Shown: positions 63,673 through 64,000 of the stretch, piece by piece
How the letters are laid out: the number at the start of each line of letters is the position of its first letter
How positions within the stretch are numbered: the first letter of the stretch is position 1
Assembly: GCA_040905465.1 (NCBI GenBank)
Contig: JBBDRK010000043.1
Span: 38,818-102,817 of the forward strand
Source: Trueperaceae bacterium
GTDB lineage: Bacteria; Deinococcota; Deinococci; Deinococcales; Trueperaceae
Direction of reading: 5' to 3'
Length of the DNA: 64,000 bases
The notes under the pieces: generated by a model
The model's database searches: none
Seen by the model: only the letters and a program-made list of their open reading frames with translations
What the model was told of the DNA's origin: nothing
Made by a program: the position numbers and the translations under genes

Positions 63673-64000
63673 CTACTCCTTTGACTCGACGTCGAAATCC
63701 TCGAGCGCGGCGAACGGCGAAGCGGGGGCATTGACAGCACGCTCGGCGTACTGTTCGGAGAGTCGCTCGCAAGAGACCCCCTCCGGGCACTCGACGGCGA
63801 GAGGCAGGTCGACACTGAAGATCTCGGTGATCATCTCGGCGAAATCGACCTCGGGCCGGCCGAACACGAGCACCTCGTCCTCTTCCTCGTCGAACACCAT
63901 CTCCAGGCCCTTCTTGCCCGGACGGTACTTCATCGGGTAGAGGAAGTCGGACCGTGACGGAAGCTGGACCCCCTCGAGGCAGTGGCGGCAGGGCATGATT
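63673..64000 (-). CDS. yceD: YceD/DUF177 family protein (5' end probably outside window)
   Basis: Conserved position immediately upstream of rpmF. C-terminal Cys and acidic pattern (CPEGVSC...FAALEDF). The frame stays open to the window edge beyond the ATG at 63996. Confidence 0.7.
   Translation of the reverse strand, partial: IMPCRHCLEGVQLPSRSDFLYPMKYRPGKKGLEMVFDEEEDEVLVFGRPEVDFAEMITEIFSVDLPLAVECPEGVSCERLSEQYAERAVNAPASPFAALEDFDVESKE

Noticed and set aside
1-64000. Search for tRNA/rRNA genes, CRISPR arrays, transposases, integrases, restriction-modification, toxin-antitoxin or other defence genes.
   Set aside because: I found no T-loop-like GGTTCGA(A/G)TCC motifs, no spaced repeat arrays and no ORFs with the corresponding family signatures. 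The window looks like chromosomal metabolic and housekeeping DNA.

Overview
This is a GC-rich (by eye about two-thirds G+C), densely coding bacterial chromosomal segment. I found no rRNA, tRNA, CRISPR array, transposase or integrase. All functional calls come from motif recognition in the supplied translations and from reading the DNA; no database or profile search was possible.

Layout:
- (i) 1-7.7 kb: amine-catabolism-type genes (C45 peptidase-like, GNAT, flavin amine oxidase, class-III aminotransferase, aldehyde dehydrogenase), plus a redoxin-fold protein, a second GNAT and a DinB-family protein.
- (ii) 7.7-12.4 kb: a decaying Dpp/Opp-type uptake operon. The two permeases are intact. The family-5 binding-protein gene carries an in-frame TAG and an 11-bp tandem duplication. 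The upstream D-aminoacylase-like gene looks truncated.
- (iii) 12.5-42.5 kb: a ~30 kb two-module sugar/polyol-type catabolic island. It holds 2 DeoR repressors, 2 M42 'peptidases', 2 ribulose-phosphate-3-epimerase-like proteins, 3 FGGY kinases, 3 SDRs, a Zn-ADH, a DhnA/LsrF-type class I aldolase, a cytoplasmic sulfatase, a BtpA/SgcQ protein, an SGNH esterase, an M20 peptidase, a metallophosphoesterase, an MFS transporter and two intact family-5 ABC importers without ATPase genes. Its family content resembles the uncharacterised E. coli sgc operon, but with ABC import plus kinases in place of a PTS. This is my main candidate for an undescribed system.
- (iv) 42.7-53.5 kb: mixed genes (rfbB, GNAT, TolC-like protein, azlCD, aldo/keto reductase, DUF892 ferritin-like protein, 2Fe-2S ferredoxin, glycine-zipper stress protein, murJ, DtxR/MntR-type repressor).
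- (v) 54-58.5 kb: a large MalT-like/TPR regulator with a degenerate Walker A and a C-terminal wHTH-BTAD module, divergent from an S8 lipoprotein protease.
- (vi) 58.6-64 kb: csaA and the yceD-rpmF-fabH-fabD-fabG-acpP-fabF cluster (no plsX).

Several near-consensus sigma-70-type promoters, a tandem direct-repeat operator candidate, strong stem-loops after each binding-protein gene, and short tandem duplications (10, 11, 12 and 15 bp units) are directly visible. The taxon cannot be determined here. The gene content would fit a Deinococcus-Thermus- or Thermomicrobia-like organism, but that is a guess.
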